A stretch of DNA of 64,000 nt from an uncultured Methylococcaceae bacterium (GCA_964644665.1 CAZXXC010000002.1:6281-70280); one strand, 5' to 3'. Counted from the first letter of the stretch, positions 25,498-40,026 are shown. A program made the numbers and translations. Notes: a model not told the origin generated them from the letters alone.

Positions 25498-26026
25498 GGT
25501 GTTGCAGAAAGGTGCTGTGGATGAACAAAGCCATCTGTTCCGGCCGATTCAAGTCGAACTCTCGGATCGGCGGGCTGACCGGCAGGGGCGCATCGGTGGC
25601 GATCGCGATGATGTTGGCGTCGCTCGGGAACAGCAGCGGATGACCCAGCGCCGGGCGATGCAATTCGATCTTGGCAAAGGACTCGTGCTTGAATCCCTCG
25701 ACCAGGATCAGGTCGAGGCCGCGGCTGTCGAAGTGTTCCAGTTCCTCGGCCAGGCGAGGTTCCCGGTCATCGGGCCATTCTTCGACCAGAAAGCGCCTGC
25801 GTGAGGTGCTGAGCATCACCGGGCTGGCCCCGGCCGCACGCAACTCGAAGCTGTCCTTCCCGGGTTTGTCGATATCGATGTGGTGATGGCTATGCTTGAT
25901 CGCGCCGATGCGCAGTCCGCGATCCTTGAGCAGCGGAATCAACGCTTTCAGCAGGGTCGTCTTGCCGGTGCCGCTGCATGCGGCGAACCCCAGCAGCGGC
26001 ACCGGTGGATGGGCCAGGTCGATCAC
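25487..26026 (-). CDS. mobB: molybdopterin-guanine dinucleotide biosynthesis protein B
   Basis: SGTGKTTL P-loop, IKHSHH, DKPGKDS and LVEGFK. Confidence 0.95.
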   Translation of the reverse strand: MIDLAHPPVPLLGFAACSGTGKTTLLKALIPLLKDRGLRIGAIKHSHHHIDIDKPGKDSFELRAAGASPVMLSTSRRRFLVEEWPDDREPRLAEELEHFDSRGLDLILVEGFKHESFAKIELHRPALGHPLLFPSDANIIAIATDAPLPVSPPIREFDLNRPEQMALFIHSTFLQHRGG

Positions 26027-26053
26027 GGCTACAGCCTCGGCCGTGCGCGGCGA

Positions 26054-27064
26054 TCAAGTATCACGGTAGAAATCCCGATACCAGTCGACAAAACGGGCGA
26101 TGCCGACTTCGATGGGCGTGCTCGGGCGATAGCCGGTATCGCGAATCAGATCGTCCACATCCGCATAGGTCTCCGGAACATCGCCGTCCTGCATCGGCAA
26201 CAGGTTCTTGATCGCCTTCCTGCCGAGGCATTCTTCCAGGACCTCGATGAAGTACATCAGCTCCACCGGTTGCTGATTCCCGATATTGTAGATCCGGTAA
26301 GGCGCGCGGCTGGTACCTGGATCGGGCGTATCGCTCTGCCATTCGGGGTTTGCCGGGGCAGTGCGGTCGAGAACCCGGATCACGCCCTCGACGATGTCGT
26401 CGATGTAGGTGAAATCACGCCGATGGTGGCCGAAGTTGTACACGTCGATAGGCTTGCCGTCGAGGATGTTTCGGGTGAACCGAAACAACGCCATGTCGGG
26501 CCGGCCCCAAGGGCCGTACACGGTGAAGAAACGCAACCCAGTGGTCGGCAACCGGAACAGATGGCTGTAGGTGTGGGCCATCAACTCGTTGGCTTTCTTG
26601 GACGCCGCGTATAGGCTCAACGGGTGATCGACATTGTGGTGTACGGAAAACGGCATGCGGGTGTTGGCACCGTAAACCGAACTGGACGATGCATAGACCA
26701 GATGCTCGACGCCGTGATGCCGGCAGGCCTCCAAGACATTGCAGAAGCCGACCAGGTTGGAATCGATGTAGGCGTGAGGGTTCTCCAGCGAATAGCGAAC
26801 CCCGGCCTGGGCCGCGAGGTTCACGACGCGGGCCGGCCGATAATCCGCGAACGCGCGGTTCAACCGGTCCCGATCGCCCAGATCGATCCGGATTTCCGTG
26901 AAAGCGGGAAGTGTCTTCAAGCGCGTGAGGCGCGCTTCCTTCAGCGCGACATCGTAGTAGTCGTTGACGTTGTCGATGCCGATGACCTCATCACCGCGGT
27001 TCAGCAGCGATTGGGCCAGTGCGGCGCCGATGAAGCCGGCGGTGCCGGTGACGAGAACCCTCAT
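26054..27064 (-). CDS. NAD-dependent epimerase (UDP-glucuronate 4-epimerase-like)
   Basis: [27 protein letters not shown] and [17 protein letters not shown]; AGGAG RBS before ATG 27064. Confidence 0.92.
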   Translation of the reverse strand: MRVLVTGTAGFIGAALAQSLLNRGDEVIGIDNVNDYYDVALKEARLTRLKTLPAFTEIRIDLGDRDRLNRAFADYRPARVVNLAAQAGVRYSLENPHAYIDSNLVGFCNVLEACRHHGVEHLVYASSSSVYGANTRMPFSVHHNVDHPLSLYAASKKANELMAHTYSHLFRLPTTGLRFFTVYGPWGRPDMALFRFTRNILDGKPIDVYNFGHHRRDFTYIDDIVEGVIRVLDRTAPANPEWQSDTPDPGTSRAPYRIYNIGNQQPVELMYFIEVLEECLGRKAIKNLLPMQDGDVPETYADVDDLIRDTGYRPSTPIEVGIARFVDWYRDFYRDT

Positions 27065-27459
27065 AATCTGCACAGTCTCCTGAAAATGCCGGGAATTCTC
27101 ACTAGGCTTCGGCGCACCGCCGGCTCCCGGGCGGGGCCGAACGGTGAGCGGGGGGCCCTGCAGCGCAAGAGCATAATTCCGGATCAGCCGTTTGCCTAGG
27201 TCAGGATGGCATCCGGCAGTCGTTACGGAACCCGTCGGCCGCGCGCGATGTGCAGGCCGGCGAACGCCGGGAAGCGATTGCGATCGTGCCGTTCCTGGTC
27301 CAATCGCCACGGCCCGGTCTCCCGCTCGCGGCTGGTAGGAACACCGTTCGCCGTTTGGGATACACTATCGGCCGAGAGGAACCGGTCTCCTCCCATCTCC
27401 GCCACCGATCCGTTCGCGGCGCCGATTAACCGCAATTCGCCTTTGGTTTGCACGAGGCC

Positions 27460-28185
27460 ATGATCCTACCCGACCCGGAAAATCTTCACGAGCACATCTC
27501 GAAGCAGTACGACCATGAACTCTTCGACATCCGAAGTCGCGTACTCAGTCTGGGTGGGCTGGTCGAAGACCAGATCCAATGTGCGGTGAAATCGCTGTTG
27601 GAGGGAGACACCGATTTGGCTGAGCGCGTGATCATCGATGACTACAAAGTCAATTCGCTGGAAGTGTCGATCGACGAGGAGTGCACCCAGATCCTGGCCC
27701 TGCGCCAGCCGACGGCCCGCGATTTGCGGCTGGTGGTCGCGGTGATCAAGACCATCACCGACCTGGAGCGCATCGGGGACGAGGCCAAGCGCATCGCGCG
27801 CCACGCGATTGATCTGGCGGCCCATTTCCCGAAGCGCAACCAACTGTCCGAACTGGGGGAACTGGCCAAACAATCGCGCGCGTTGATGCGCGATGCGCTC
27901 GATTCGTTCGCCCGGATGGATGTCGACACGGCCCTATGCGTCGCCGAGAGGGACAAGCTCGTCGACAGCGTGTACGAGTCGATCATGCGGCAACAGCTCA
28001 CCTACATGATGGAGGATCCCCGGCTGATTCCCGTTTCGCTCGGAATCATGTGGTCGGCGCGCTCTCTGGAACGGATCGGTGATCGGGCCTGTAACATCTG
28101 CGAGTATGTAATTTACTATGCGATGGGTAAAAACATCCGTCACATCAGCATCGACCAGGTGCAGCAGGACCTGCTGAAACGGTAG
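27460..28185 (+). CDS. phoU: phosphate signalling protein PhoU
   Basis: [26 protein letters not shown] and [19 protein letters not shown]. Confidence 0.95.
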   Translation: MILPDPENLHEHISKQYDHELFDIRSRVLSLGGLVEDQIQCAVKSLLEGDTDLAERVIIDDYKVNSLEVSIDEECTQILALRQPTARDLRLVVAVIKTITDLERIGDEAKRIARHAIDLAAHFPKRNQLSELGELAKQSRALMRDALDSFARMDVDTALCVAERDKLVDSVYESIMRQQLTYMMEDPRLIPVSLGIMWSARSLERIGDRACNICEYVIYYAMGKNIRHISIDQVQQDLLKR

Positions 28186-28324
28186 CCCGGTCAGGAAGCC
28201 GGGCCAGAGGGCAGGCGCCTTGTTCACGTTCCCTTTTTCGACGCCAGTCCCTACAATAAGGCCGGTGAATTCCGAGCCGTTCAGCTGCGGTTCGCCCTCT
28301 CCACCGCAGTCACCACGAATCCCG

Positions 28325-30604
28325 ATGAACCGCCTTCAACTCCTCGCAGGCATCCTGCTGTTATGGGTGCAAGTGCACGTCGCCTGGGGGTTCGATTCGT
28401 TCGTGATCCGGTCGATCCGCATTCAGGGATTGCAGCGAGTGTCCGAAGGCACGGTGCTGAACTATCTGCCGGTCCGGGTCGGCGACCTGTTCGATCAAAA
28501 GCAGTCGGCAGAGTCGATCAAGGCGTTGTTCAAGACCGGATTCTTCAAAGATGTCCGGTTGGGGCACGACGGCGACGAACTGATCGTGCTGGTCGAGGAA
28601 CGACCTTCGATTGCCAGTATCTCGATCGATGGCAACAAGGACATGAGCACCGAAGAACTGCTGAAGGCGCTCAAAGGCATCGGGCTGTCGGAAGGCAAGG
28701 TTTTCGACCGGCAGATCCTGGACAAGGTCGAACAGGAACTGCGCCGGCAGTACTACAGTCGGGGGAAATATGGGCTGGCGATCCATTCCGAGGTGACGGA
28801 TCTGGATCGCAACCGGGTCGCGATCGCTATCAAGATCGTCGAAGGCAAGGTCGCCAAGATCAAGCAGATCAACGTCGTCGGCAACAACACGTTCGGCGAT
28901 GACGAACTGCTGGACGAGTTCGAACTCAGCACGACCAACTGGCTTTCCTGGTACACCAAGGACGATCAATATTCGAAGCAGAAGCTTTCGGCCGATCTCG
29001 AGCGGCTGCGCTCCTATTATCTGGACCGGGGATACATCAAGTTCGAGATCGAATCGACCCAGGTGTCCATCACGCCAAACAAGAAAGAAATCTACGTGAC
29101 CGTGAATGTGAAGGAGGGCGATGTCTACAAGGTCAATGAAGTGAAGCTGACCGGCAAGATGATCGTACCGCCCGATCAGATCCTGCCGCTGGTGCGGATC
29201 GGCCCACAGGATACCTTTTCGCGGAAGCTGGCCACCGAGACATCGAAAAGCATCTCCGATCGGCTCGGCGAAGAGGGGTATATCTTCGCGAACGTCAACA
29301 TGGTGCCGGACATCGACGAAGGGCAGAAATCGGTCAATATCACCTTTTTCGTGGATCCCGGAAAGCAGGTTTACGTCCGCCGTATCAATTTCCAGGGAAA
29401 TACCAAGACCCGGGACGAAGTATTGCGCAGGGAAATGCGGCAGATGGAAGCGGCTTGGGCGTCGTCGACCAAGATCGAGCGCTCGAAGACGCGCCTGGAA
29501 CGGCTCGGCTATTTCCAGGAAGTCAACGTCGAGACTCCGGCGGTTCCGGGAACCAGCGACCAGATCGATGTGAATTACAGCGTGGTCGAGAAGTCGTCCG
29601 GTAACATCACCGCGGGTGTCGGCTATTCCCAGGTGCAGGGCATCATCATCAACGCGGCGGTGACACAGGACAATGTCTTCGGCACCGGCAAGCGCGTCAA
29701 TTTCACGTTCAACAACAGCCAGGTCAACACGATTTACCAGCTCGGATATCTGGACCCGTACTTCACGTTGGACGGCATCAGCGCCGGTTTTGATCTGGCC
29801 TACCGTCGCAGTAATTTCGGGCAGGCCAATATTTCCAGCTATTTGACTAACATCGCGCAGGCCGGGTTCAATTTCGGCGTCCCGCTGACGGAATTTTCCA
29901 GTCTGCGTGCGAACGTCGATTACCAGAACCAGCAGATCAAGGCCAATGCCAATACGCCGACGGAGTTTATTCAGTATCTTGAGGAAAATGGTACCAAGTT
30001 CAATATTTACAGCATTGCGCTCGGTTACACCTATGACACCTTGAATCGTGCGATCTTTGCAACGGAAGGCGGTGCGCACCAGCTTTCCACGCTGATCTCG
30101 ATGCCGTTCAGCAACCTCGAATACTACAAGGCCAGTTACCGTGCGCGGCAGTATTTCCCGCTGGCTAAGGATCTGACGCTGTTGCTGGGAGGCGAAATCG
30201 CCTACGGTGGAAGCTACGGAGGTACAGGAGGATTTCCTTTCTTCGAAAACTACTTTGCCGGCGGCCCCAACTCCGTGCGGGGCTTCCTGCAGAACTCGCT
30301 GGGTCCGAGAGGTTCGACCAATCTGCCGATTGGCGGCAACAGCAAATTGATCGGGTCGATCGAATTGCAGATGCCGGTTCCGCTGATCAAGGAAAGCAGG
30401 AACATCCGCGTGGGCCCGTTCTTCGACGCGGGCAACGTGTTCAACGGCGGGTACGACTTCGGCGAAATCCGCTATTCCGCCGGGATTGCTGCCCGTTGGC
30501 TGTCGCCGTTCGGCGCGTTGATGTTCAGTGTCGGGCAACCGCTGAATTCGAAACAAGGCGATCGGATTCAGAACTTCCAGTTCAACTTCGGTTCCGGGTT
30601 CTGA
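28325..30604 (+). CDS. bamA: outer membrane protein assembly factor BamA
   Basis: Signal peptide, POTRA repeats (IQGLQRV; [18 protein letters not shown]), VRGF motif and C-terminal FQFNFGSGF. Confidence 0.96.
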   Translation: MNRLQLLAGILLLWVQVHVAWGFDSFVIRSIRIQGLQRVSEGTVLNYLPVRVGDLFDQKQSAESIKALFKTGFFKDVRLGHDGDELIVLVEERPSIASISIDGNKDMSTEELLKALKGIGLSEGKVFDRQILDKVEQELRRQYYSRGKYGLAIHSEVTDLDRNRVAIAIKIVEGKVAKIKQINVVGNNTFGDDELLDEFELSTTNWLSWYTKDDQYSKQKLSADLERLRSYYLDRGYIKFEIESTQVSITPNKKEIYVTVNVKEGDVYKVNEVKLTGKMIVPPDQILPLVRIGPQDTFSRKLATETSKSISDRLGEEGYIFANVNMVPDIDEGQKSVNITFFVDPGKQVYVRRINFQGNTKTRDEVLRREMRQMEAAWASSTKIERSKTRLERLGYFQEVNVETPAVPGTSDQIDVNYSVVEKSSGNITAGVGYSQVQGIIINAAVTQDNVFGTGKRVNFTFNNSQVNTIYQLGYLDPYFTLDGISAGFDLAYRRSNFGQANISSYLTNIAQAGFNFGVPLTEFSSLRANVDYQNQQIKANANTPTEFIQYLEENGTKFNIYSIALGYTYDTLNRAIFATEGGAHQLSTLISMPFSNLEYYKASYRARQYFPLAKDLTLLLGGEIAYGGSYGGTGGFPFFENYFAGGPNSVRGFLQNSLGPRGSTNLPIGGNSKLIGSIELQMPVPLIKESRNIRVGPFFDAGNVFNGGYDFGEIRYSAGIAARWLSPFGALMFSVGQPLNSKQGDRIQNFQFNFGSGF

Positions 30605-30780
30605 GGCCCCCGGCCGTCGATTCGCTTCGGCGAAACGAGTTCTTGTATAATTGAACGAATATGTGATTTGCGCGTCGCTGGAATCGAAGGGCGGCGCGAG
30701 CTCCGCCGTGCCGGGTACGCCTCGTCCGGCGCGCGGAGTCGCTGGCTGGCGTCTTGGATCATGGGTATGAGAAGCTAAAT

Positions 30781-31290
30781 ATGCGAAAGAGATTGCTCTG
30801 TTTTGTCGTTCTGGTCTCGTTCGGAACCGCGGCGTCGTGCGCCGAGTTGAAGATCGGTTTCGTGAATGTGGCGCGCCTGCTGGAGAAGGCCCCTCAGGCC
30901 GAGAAGGCGAAGAAGGAACTGGAGCGCGAGTTCAAGCCGCGCGATTCGAAACTGATGAACGAGCAGAAGGCCATCAAGTCGATGGAGGAAAAGCTCGCCA
31001 AGGACGAGGCGGTGATGAGCGAGAGTGAGCGACAGAAGCTGGAGCGCGACATCCTGAACCGCAAGCGCGATGCCAAGCGCATCCAGGACGAATTTCGCGA
31101 GGATTTCAACCTTCGGCGCAACGAGGAATTGGGCAAGCTGCAGAAGTCCATCTTCGAGGCCATTCAACTGCTGGCCAAGGAAGACAATTACGATTTGCTG
31201 TTGACCGACGGCGTCGTCTATGCCAAGGAGAGCATCGATGTCACCAACAAGATCGAGCAGAAACTCCAGGCAAGCTTCAAGGGACAGTGA
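30781..31290 (+). CDS. skp: periplasmic chaperone Skp/OmpH
   Basis: Signal peptide, KIGFVN, coiled coil, YDLLL..VVYA...DVT; follows bamA. Confidence 0.93.
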   Translation: MRKRLLCFVVLVSFGTAASCAELKIGFVNVARLLEKAPQAEKAKKELEREFKPRDSKLMNEQKAIKSMEEKLAKDEAVMSESERQKLERDILNRKRDAKRIQDEFREDFNLRRNEELGKLQKSIFEAIQLLAKEDNYDLLLTDGVVYAKESIDVTNKIEQKLQASFKGQ

Positions 31291-31329
31291 TCGAGCCTCG
31301 TCCCCGCCTCCCAACCGAAGGAAACCTCA

Positions 31330-31770
31330 TTGGATATACAGCAAATACAGGAGTATCTGCCGCATCGCTATCCGTTCTTGCTGGTCGACAGAGTGACCGT
31401 CTGCGAACCCGGAAAGCGGCTGTTGGCCTACAAGAACGTGACCTACAACGAGCCGTTCTTCCTCGGGCATTTTCCGCATCAGCCGATCATGCCCGGAGTA
31501 CTGATCATCGAGGCGTTGGCGCAGACGACCGGCCTTCTGGCCGCCGAGACGGCGCCTTCCGTGCTGGGCAAGGGGAAGACCTATTACCTAGTCGGGCTCG
31601 ACAAGGTGCGTTTCAAACGACCGGTGGTGCCCGGTGACCGGTTGCTGCTGGAGGCGACCTATCTGCGTCACAAGCGCAATATCTGGGCGTTTTCCTGCCG
31701 CGCAGAGGTTGAAGGCGAACTCGTGGCTAGCGCCGAAATCATGTGTGCAGCCGCGGAGCAGGAGACTTGA
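31330..31770 (+). CDS. fabZ: 3-hydroxyacyl-ACP dehydratase
   Basis: [12 protein letters not shown] and [29 protein letters not shown]; TTG start after AAGGA. Confidence 0.96.
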   Translation: MDIQQIQEYLPHRYPFLLVDRVTVCEPGKRLLAYKNVTYNEPFFLGHFPHQPIMPGVLIIEALAQTTGLLAAETAPSVLGKGKTYYLVGLDKVRFKRPVVPGDRLLLEATYLRHKRNIWAFSCRAEVEGELVASAEIMCAAAEQET

Positions 31771-32537
31771 TTCACCCATCCGCGATCGTCGACCCTGCTG
31801 CAGAAATCGCCGAGGATGCGACGGTCGGTCCCTATGCGATCATCGGCGCCGACGTGGTCATCGGTTCTCGTACGGTGGTCAGTTCGCACGCGGTGCTCAA
31901 GGGTCCGAGCCGGATCGGTGCGGACAACCGCATTTTTCAGTTCGCTAGTGTCGGTGAGGATCCTCAGGACAAAAAGTACGGGGGCGAACCGACCGCTCTC
32001 GAGATCGGTGATCGCAACGTGATCCGGGAGTTCACCACCATCCACCGTGGCACGATTCAAGAGCAGGGGATCACCCGCATCGGGGACGACAACCTGTTCA
32101 TGGCCTACACCCACGTCGCCCACGATTGCGTGATCGGCAACCGTGTGATCATGGCCAATGCCGCATCGCTGGCAGGGCATGTGCAGGTGGACGACTATGC
32201 CATTCTCGGTGGATTCAGTCTGGTCCACCAGTTTTGCCGGATCGGACAGTACAGTTTCTCGGCGATGGGCAGTGTAATCTCCCGCGATATTCCGCCGTAT
32301 GTGATGGTGGGCGGTCGCCCGACCAAGCCGCACGGTATCAATTCGGTCGGTCTGGAACGGCAGGGTTTCGGGTCGGAGTCGATCCGACAGATCAAGAAGG
32401 CCTACAAGATCATCTACAAGGCCGGATTCAAGCTCGACGAGGCCATCAATTTGCTGCGCGACATGGCTTCGGACTATCCGGAGATTGGGCCGCTGGTGGA
32501 GTTCCTGCAGAACACCGGCCGCAGCATCATCCGCTGA
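31767..32537 (+). CDS. lpxA: UDP-N-acetylglucosamine O-acyltransferase
   Basis: IHPSAIVD hexapeptide repeats, PQDKKY, IHRGT and HVAHDC; TTG start overlaps the fabZ stop. Confidence 0.96.
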   Translation: MIHPSAIVDPAAEIAEDATVGPYAIIGADVVIGSRTVVSSHAVLKGPSRIGADNRIFQFASVGEDPQDKKYGGEPTALEIGDRNVIREFTTIHRGTIQEQGITRIGDDNLFMAYTHVAHDCVIGNRVIMANAASLAGHVQVDDYAILGGFSLVHQFCRIGQYSFSAMGSVISRDIPPYVMVGGRPTKPHGINSVGLERQGFGSESIRQIKKAYKIIYKAGFKLDEAINLLRDMASDYPEIGPLVEFLQNTGRSIIR

Positions 32538-33161
32538 GTGCAGGGCCGATCATTGCCGACGCGGGTCACGAGACCGTGCCTGGTGGCCGGTGTGGATGAG
32601 GTGGGGCGAGGGGCACTGGCGGGTCCGGTGATCGCCGCCGCGGTCATCCTGGTACCCTCTTCCTCCCGTACCATTTCGGGACTCGACGATTCCAAGCGCC
32701 TGTCAGCGGGCCGGCGGCAGGAACTGGCGGAGCGGATCGCGGCGAACGCGCTGGCCTGGTCAATCGGCCGTGCCGAAGCCAGCGAAGTCGACCGGCTGAA
32801 CGTGCTCCATGCTTCCCTGTTGGCGATGGAACGGGCGCTCGCCGGCCTGTCCTACCGGCCGGACTGGGTGCGCGTGGACGGCAACCGGTTCCTGCCGGGG
32901 GATTGGGCCGGAGAAGCGGTGGTTCGGGGCGATACGATCTTTCCCGAGATCATGGCGGCCTCGATACTCGCCAAGGTGGCCCGCGATCTGGAGATGGAGG
33001 TGCTCGACCGGCTGTGCCCGGGCTATCGGTTCCGCCAAAACAAGGGTTACCCGACCCTCGACCATCGCCGGTGTCTGGAGCGACAGGGCGGTTGCGCGGC
33101 TCACCGGCAGAGCTTTTCTCCGGTCGGCCGGGTCGCGGAACCGGTTTCTACAGGCCGCTGA
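32538..33161 (+). CDS. rnhB: ribonuclease HII
   Basis: AGVDEVGRGALAGPV, DSKRLS, VDGN, AASILAKVARD, KGYPT and HRQSF. Confidence 0.95.
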   Translation: MQGRSLPTRVTRPCLVAGVDEVGRGALAGPVIAAAVILVPSSSRTISGLDDSKRLSAGRRQELAERIAANALAWSIGRAEASEVDRLNVLHASLLAMERALAGLSYRPDWVRVDGNRFLPGDWAGEAVVRGDTIFPEIMAASILAKVARDLEMEVLDRLCPGYRFRQNKGYPTLDHRRCLERQGGCAAHRQSFSPVGRVAEPVSTGR

Positions 33162-33189
33162 TCCTGCGGCCGACAACCGGCAGGGGCGA

Positions 33190-33570
33190 TCAGGTGAGGT
33201 CGACGGGTTCGTCCGGTTGCCAGGACGGCTCACGGTGCCGGACCACCACTGTGGTGTAGATGCCGCCGCGTACATTGAAGCGGCTCTTCACCCGCATGAA
33301 GCGCGGGCGGCAGGCGGCGACCAGATCATTCAACAGGCGGTTTGTGACCGCTTCGTGAAAGGCGCCTTGATCCCGGAACGATGCGATGTAGAGCTTGAGC
33401 GATTTCAGCTCGATGCACTCCTGGTCCGGGACGTAATCCAGATAAACGGTGGCGAAGTCGGGCTGTCCGGTCTTCGGACACAGGCAGGTGAATTCGGGAA
33501 TTTCGATATGGATCGTGTAGTTGCGGTCCGGTTGCGGATTGCTGAAGGTTTCGATGGTCGGCTGAGGCAT
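33190..33570 (-). CDS. queF: preQ1 synthase (NADPH-dependent 7-cyano-7-deazaguanine reductase), short type I
   Basis: [27 protein letters not shown] and VRGGI; real start ATG 33570, the track ORF is over-extended. Confidence 0.95.
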   Translation of the reverse strand: MPQPTIETFSNPQPDRNYTIHIEIPEFTCLCPKTGQPDFATVYLDYVPDQECIELKSLKLYIASFRDQGAFHEAVTNRLLNDLVAACRPRFMRVKSRFNVRGGIYTTVVVRHREPSWQPDEPVDLT

Positions 33571-33735
33571 AGATGTGCGCTTTAGGGATAACGGACGACG
33601 CCCCGGTCGCTGAGCGCGGACCTCGGGCGCGGCGATCGGCGATGCGCGTCGTCCGGCGCTCGTCACCGAGCGGCTCTGGATTTTACCCTGTTCGGCCGTA
33701 CGGTCTGCATATTTTTTCCGCGCGCGGCGTCTGAA

Positions 33736-36700
33736 ATGCGCCTCGAAAAAATCAAGCTGGCAGGTTTCAAGTCGTTCGTCGATCCAACGACGATCCCGTT
33801 GCCGGGCAACCTGGTCGGGGTGGTCGGGCCGAACGGTTGCGGGAAATCGAACGTGATCGACGCCGTGCGCTGGGTGATGGGCGAGAGTTCGGCGAAACAC
33901 CTGCGCGGCGACACGATGGCCGACGTGATCTTCAACGGCTCCAGCACGCGCAAGCCGGTGGGGGTCGCCTCGGTCGAATTGGTGTTCGACAACTCGCACG
34001 GAACGGCCGGTGGCGAGTATGCGGCCTACCAAAAGATCGCCATCAAGCGGCTGGTCGGGCGCGATGGTCAGTCGACCTACATGCTGAACGGCACCCGCTG
34101 TCGTCGAAAAGACATCACCGATCTGTTTCTGGGCACCGGGCTCGGTGCGAGAAGCTACGCCATCATCGAACAGGGGACGATCTCGCGTCTGATCGAGGCC
34201 AAGCCGGACGAATTGCGTGAAATCATCGAGGAGGCGGCAGGAATCTCGCGCTACAAGGAGCGGCGACACGAAACCGAAACCCGCATGCGGCACACCCGCG
34301 AAAACCTGGAACGGCTGGAGGATTTGCGCGGCGAGTTGAAGAAGCAGGTCGATAGCTTGCAGCGGCAGGTGAAGAAGGCCGAGCGCTATCTGGCGCTGAG
34401 GGAGCAGGAGCGGGCCGCCCGGGGCGCACTGCTTCGGGTCCGCTGGGCCAGAGCGCAGGACGCGCAGAGTCGACGCAAGAGCGAACTCGATCGCTTTGCC
34501 GATGAGCTGCGGCGCTGTGCTTCGACCAGTCGCGAGATCCAGGCGTCGCTGGCCGAGTGTCAGAACCTTCGGGACACCCATCAATCGTCGCTGCAGGAGA
34601 TTCAGGCGCACTTCTATGAGGTCGGAGCCGAGATCGGCCGGCTCGATGACTACCTCACGCAGGCGACGCGATCGCGTGAGGAGAGCCGTCGCGATCTGGA
34701 GCGCTTGGAACGAGAGCGTGGCCGTGCGGAGCAGGAATTGGAGCACGACCGCGAACAGTTGGAACGCATCCGCGCGGAGTTGCTGGAAGGCGAGCACGAG
34801 ATGGTGCGGGTTCTGGAGCGGGAGCAGATCGCAGCCGCTGCCCGCCGGGCGGCGGATGCGGATCTGCAGGCCGTCCGACAGGCCCTGGAAGTAAGCCAGG
34901 CGGATCTGCTGCGATCCAGAGGCGAACTGGAGCTGTTGCGTTCACGCGAGCGGCAGATCGAGGACCAACAACGCGGACTCGAATTGCGGCGGCAGCGGCT
35001 GGCTGCGGAGCGCGAGGAACTGCTCCAAAGTCTGAAGGACAGAGAGCGCGTCGTTCTGCAGCAGTCGATCGAGCAGGCGGAACAGCGTTCCGAAGAATTG
35101 CGTCTGCAGGTCGAGAGCCTGACCGAAGCGGTGGAGCAGAGCCAGTTGCGACTGAGGGCCAACCGCCAGCAGCTTCACGACGTGCGGGCCGAGCTGCACG
35201 GTGCGCAAGGGCGGCTGACTTCGCTCGAGCTGCTGCAACGGCACGCAATGGGCAAAGACAAAGCGGAATTGACCCACTGGCTGCAGCAGAAAGGCCTTGA
35301 TCGGGTACCCCGCCTGGCTGAGTCGCTGGAGGTCGCCCAGGGTTGGGAGTCCGCGGTAGAGCACGTGCTCGGTCTCCATCTGGAAGCGCTGTGTGTCGAG
35401 GACGCCTCGCCCTATGTCGGTGATTTGGCCGAAGCGAGCTTCCGTGACTCCGTGGTGCTGTTCGAACGACGACCGGAGCGACCGGACCGGCCGGGCACCG
35501 GCTTGCCGTGCCTGATGGATCAAGTGCAGTCCGTCTGGAATCTATCGGCGCTGCTCGGTGGCGTGTACTGTGCTCCCGATCTGGCCGCGGCCAGGGCCGC
35601 GTGCGTTCGGTTGAGGGAACACGAGTCGGTCGTCACGATCAACGGTGAGCGGGTGGGGCCAGGTTGGATCGCCTTGCGTCAGCGGGACGACGGGAAGGCG
35701 GGTGTATTGCAGCGGGAACGCGAATTGCGCGAGGTGCGGCACGACCTGCAGGAACTGTCGCAGCGTGATGCCCGGCTGGTCGAAGAATCCGCCGAGATCG
35801 AACGTCGTATCGCTGCGGCCGAAAGCGAACGCAAGCAGTTGGAACTGGAGATCCGCGGCATCGAACGCGAAATCCTGGAATGGCGCAATCAGCTGCACGT
35901 CATCGATGGGCGCCAACAGCAGTCCGGCAAACGGCTGGAGCAGGTGGAGGCGGAGCTGGAAGAGCTTCGGATGCAAAGTGCGGACGCCGCGGAGCTACGG
36001 CACGAGACGGTCGAGGCGTGGCGCTCGAACGAGGGTCGTGTGGCCCGGCAGGAGGCACAGAGCGAGGCGATTCGGGTCCGCCTGGCGCAGTTGCAGGACC
36101 AGTGGGATGCAGCGGAGCAGCGGTTCGAAGTGGCGCAGGAGGAGCTGAGGGCAATCCGGAGCCGGTGCGAGACGCTGCGCTCTTCGGAACAGTTGACCGA
36201 ACGTCATCTGGATCGTGCCGGTGCCCATTGCGCGGAGGCTACCAGCCGACTGGAAAGCCTCAGTGCCCGCTGTCGGGACGAACAGCCTCTCGATGGCGAG
36301 CGCTCGCGGCTTGAAGCGCTTCGCGGAGAACGACAGCAGGTCGAAATCCGTTTGGCTGAGAGTCGCCGCCAACTCACCGAACTCGATGCTCGGATGCGGC
36401 AACTCGGAGAATCGCGGCTAGCCAATGAACGGGAAATCGAAGGCTGGAAGGAGAAGATCGAGCAGACACGGATCGAATTCGAGGGCGATCAGGTTCGCCT
36501 GGAGACCTTGCAGGAACAGTTCGGCGAATGGGGTCTGACCCCTGCTGCGCCGGACGACGGCAATGCCGGGGAGTCGAACGAACGACAGTGGCAGCAGGAG
36601 ATCAACCGGGTTTCCGAAGACTTGGCTCGGTTGGGCGCGGTGAATCTGATGGCTGTCGAGGAGCACGCCGAACAGAAGGCCAGACTGGACGAGCTGGAAC

Positions 36701-37245
36701 AACAGTACCGGGATTTGGCGGAATCCTTGGAGACTCTGCTACAGGCGATCGAGAAAATCGACCGGGAATGCCGGAGCCTGTTCAAGAATACGTTCGATCG
36801 TATCGATGCCGGGTTCCAGAGCATGTTTCCGAAGCTGTTCGGTGGCGGTAATGCTTCGTTGGAGCTCACCGAACGGGATCTGCTCGATGCCGGCGTCACC
36901 GTCGTAGCGCGTCCCCCCGGCAAGCGGAACAGTTCGATCCATCTGCTGTCCGGAGGCGAGAAAGCCCTCACCGCGGTCGCGCTGGTGTTCGCAATCTTCG
37001 AGTTGAATCCGGCGCCGTTCTGCCTGCTGGACGAGGTGGACGCACCGCTGGACGACGCCAATGTCGGGCGTTTCTGCGGGTTGGTCAAGGAAATGTCCGA
37101 AAGGGTACAATTCCTGTTCATCACGCATAACAAGGTGACGATGGAGATCGCCCAGTATCTGGCCGGCGTCACGATGAAGGAACCGGGGGTCTCCCGGATT
37201 GTGGCGGTGGATGTCGCGGCGGCGGTTGAGTTGGTTGCAGTCTGA
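33736..37245 (+). CDS. smc: chromosome segregation protein SMC
   Basis: [14 protein letters not shown], coiled coils with hinge, [10 protein letters not shown] and LDEVDAPLD. Confidence 0.97.
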   Translation: MRLEKIKLAGFKSFVDPTTIPLPGNLVGVVGPNGCGKSNVIDAVRWVMGESSAKHLRGDTMADVIFNGSSTRKPVGVASVELVFDNSHGTAGGEYAAYQKIAIKRLVGRDGQSTYMLNGTRCRRKDITDLFLGTGLGARSYAIIEQGTISRLIEAKPDELREIIEEAAGISRYKERRHETETRMRHTRENLERLEDLRGELKKQVDSLQRQVKKAERYLALREQERAARGALLRVRWARAQDAQSRRKSELDRFADELRRCASTSREIQASLAECQNLRDTHQSSLQEIQAHFYEVGAEIGRLDDYLTQATRSREESRRDLERLERERGRAEQELEHDREQLERIRAELLEGEHEMVRVLEREQIAAAARRAADADLQAVRQALEVSQADLLRSRGELELLRSRERQIEDQQRGLELRRQRLAAEREELLQSLKDRERVVLQQSIEQAEQRSEELRLQVESLTEAVEQSQLRLRANRQQLHDVRAELHGAQGRLTSLELLQRHAMGKDKAELTHWLQQKGLDRVPRLAESLEVAQGWESAVEHVLGLHLEALCVEDASPYVGDLAEASFRDSVVLFERRPERPDRPGTGLPCLMDQVQSVWNLSALLGGVYCAPDLAAARAACVRLREHESVVTINGERVGPGWIALRQRDDGKAGVLQRERELREVRHDLQELSQRDARLVEESAEIERRIAAAESERKQLELEIRGIEREILEWRNQLHVIDGRQQQSGKRLEQVEAELEELRMQSADAAELRHETVEAWRSNEGRVARQEAQSEAIRVRLAQLQDQWDAAEQRFEVAQEELRAIRSRCETLRSSEQLTERHLDRAGAHCAEATSRLESLSARCRDEQPLDGERSRLEALRGERQQVEIRLAESRRQLTELDARMRQLGESRLANEREIEGWKEKIEQTRIEFEGDQVRLETLQEQFGEWGLTPAAPDDGNAGESNERQWQQEINRVSEDLARLGAVNLMAVEEHAEQKARLDELEQQYRDLAESLETLLQAIEKIDRECRSLFKNTFDRIDAGFQSMFPKLFGGGNASLELTERDLLDAGVTVVARPPGKRNSSIHLLSGGEKALTAVALVFAIFELNPAPFCLLDEVDAPLDDANVGRFCGLVKEMSERVQFLFITHNKVTMEIAQYLAGVTMKEPGVSRIVAVDVAAAVELVAV

Positions 37246-37254
37246 GGAGACGGG

Positions 37255-37974
37255 ATGGATAGAGACACGGTACGCATGATTCTGCTCGCGGTCGGCGTGC
37301 TGATCATCGCCGGAATTTACATTTGGGGCCGCTACGCCGCCACCCTGAAAGACTTTTTTCAACGACGGGGCGCTTTCGACGAACTGGCGTTGGACGAGCC
37401 GCTGCAGGACGCCGCAGAAGGCGACGCTGTTTATGCCGGCGGCGGCGCATTCGAAGAAACCGTCAGGCCGCTGCGGCGGAATGAGGATTCGCAGCGTGAG
37501 ATCGGGGATGACAAGGTGGAGCGTGTCATATCGATGCGCAATCAAGTGCCGCGGGAAACCGCAGTCGGCGCGCCGTTTCTGATCCAGGTCAGTGTCGTCG
37601 CACGGCCCGGGGATTCCTTCACCGGGGAGGAACTGCGCGACGCCTTGCTGGATCTCGGCCTGGTGCATGGCGAGATGGACATCTTCCACCGCTATGACCG
37701 CAACTTCCGCGAACCGTTGTTCAGCGTCGCCAGTCTGGTACGCCCGGGTACGTTTCCGATCGACGACATGGACTCGTTCAGCTGCCCGGGAGTGGTGCTG
37801 TTTTTTCAGCCGTCGAAAGTCGCCGATCCGCTCGCAGTATTCGATGATCTGTTCGAGACCAGCCGCGACTTGGCGGAGAAGCTCGATGGCGAGGAATGGG
37901 ATGAGTCGCGGCGTACGCTGACCGAAGAAAAGATTCGAGATTTGCGGGACCGGCTGGAAGCGGTCTGCAGGTAG
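37255..37974 (+). CDS. zipA: cell division protein ZipA
   Basis: N-terminal TM and C-terminal FtsZ-binding domain (GEMDIFHR, FSVASLVRPGTF); smc-zipA-ligA synteny. Confidence 0.9.
   Translation: MDRDTVRMILLAVGVLIIAGIYIWGRYAATLKDFFQRRGAFDELALDEPLQDAAEGDAVYAGGGAFEETVRPLRRNEDSQREIGDDKVERVISMRNQVPRETAVGAPFLIQVSVVARPGDSFTGEELRDALLDLGLVHGEMDIFHRYDRNFREPLFSVASLVRPGTFPIDDMDSFSCPGVVLFFQPSKVADPLAVFDDLFETSRDLAEKLDGEEWDESRRTLTEEKIRDLRDRLEAVCR

Positions 37975-40026
<2,052 letters not shown>

Noticed and set aside
27065-27459. Pho box or ops/JUMPstart element in the long epimerase-phoU spacer
   Set aside because: No CTGTCAT 11-bp repeats and no GGCGGTAG found
28361-30556. 731-aa minus-strand ORF
   Set aside because: Antisense shadow of bamA with no recognisable domain
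33571-34797. Apparent 535-aa QueF with a long N-terminal extension
   Set aside because: The extension is antisense to smc; QueF motifs occupy only the last 126 aa
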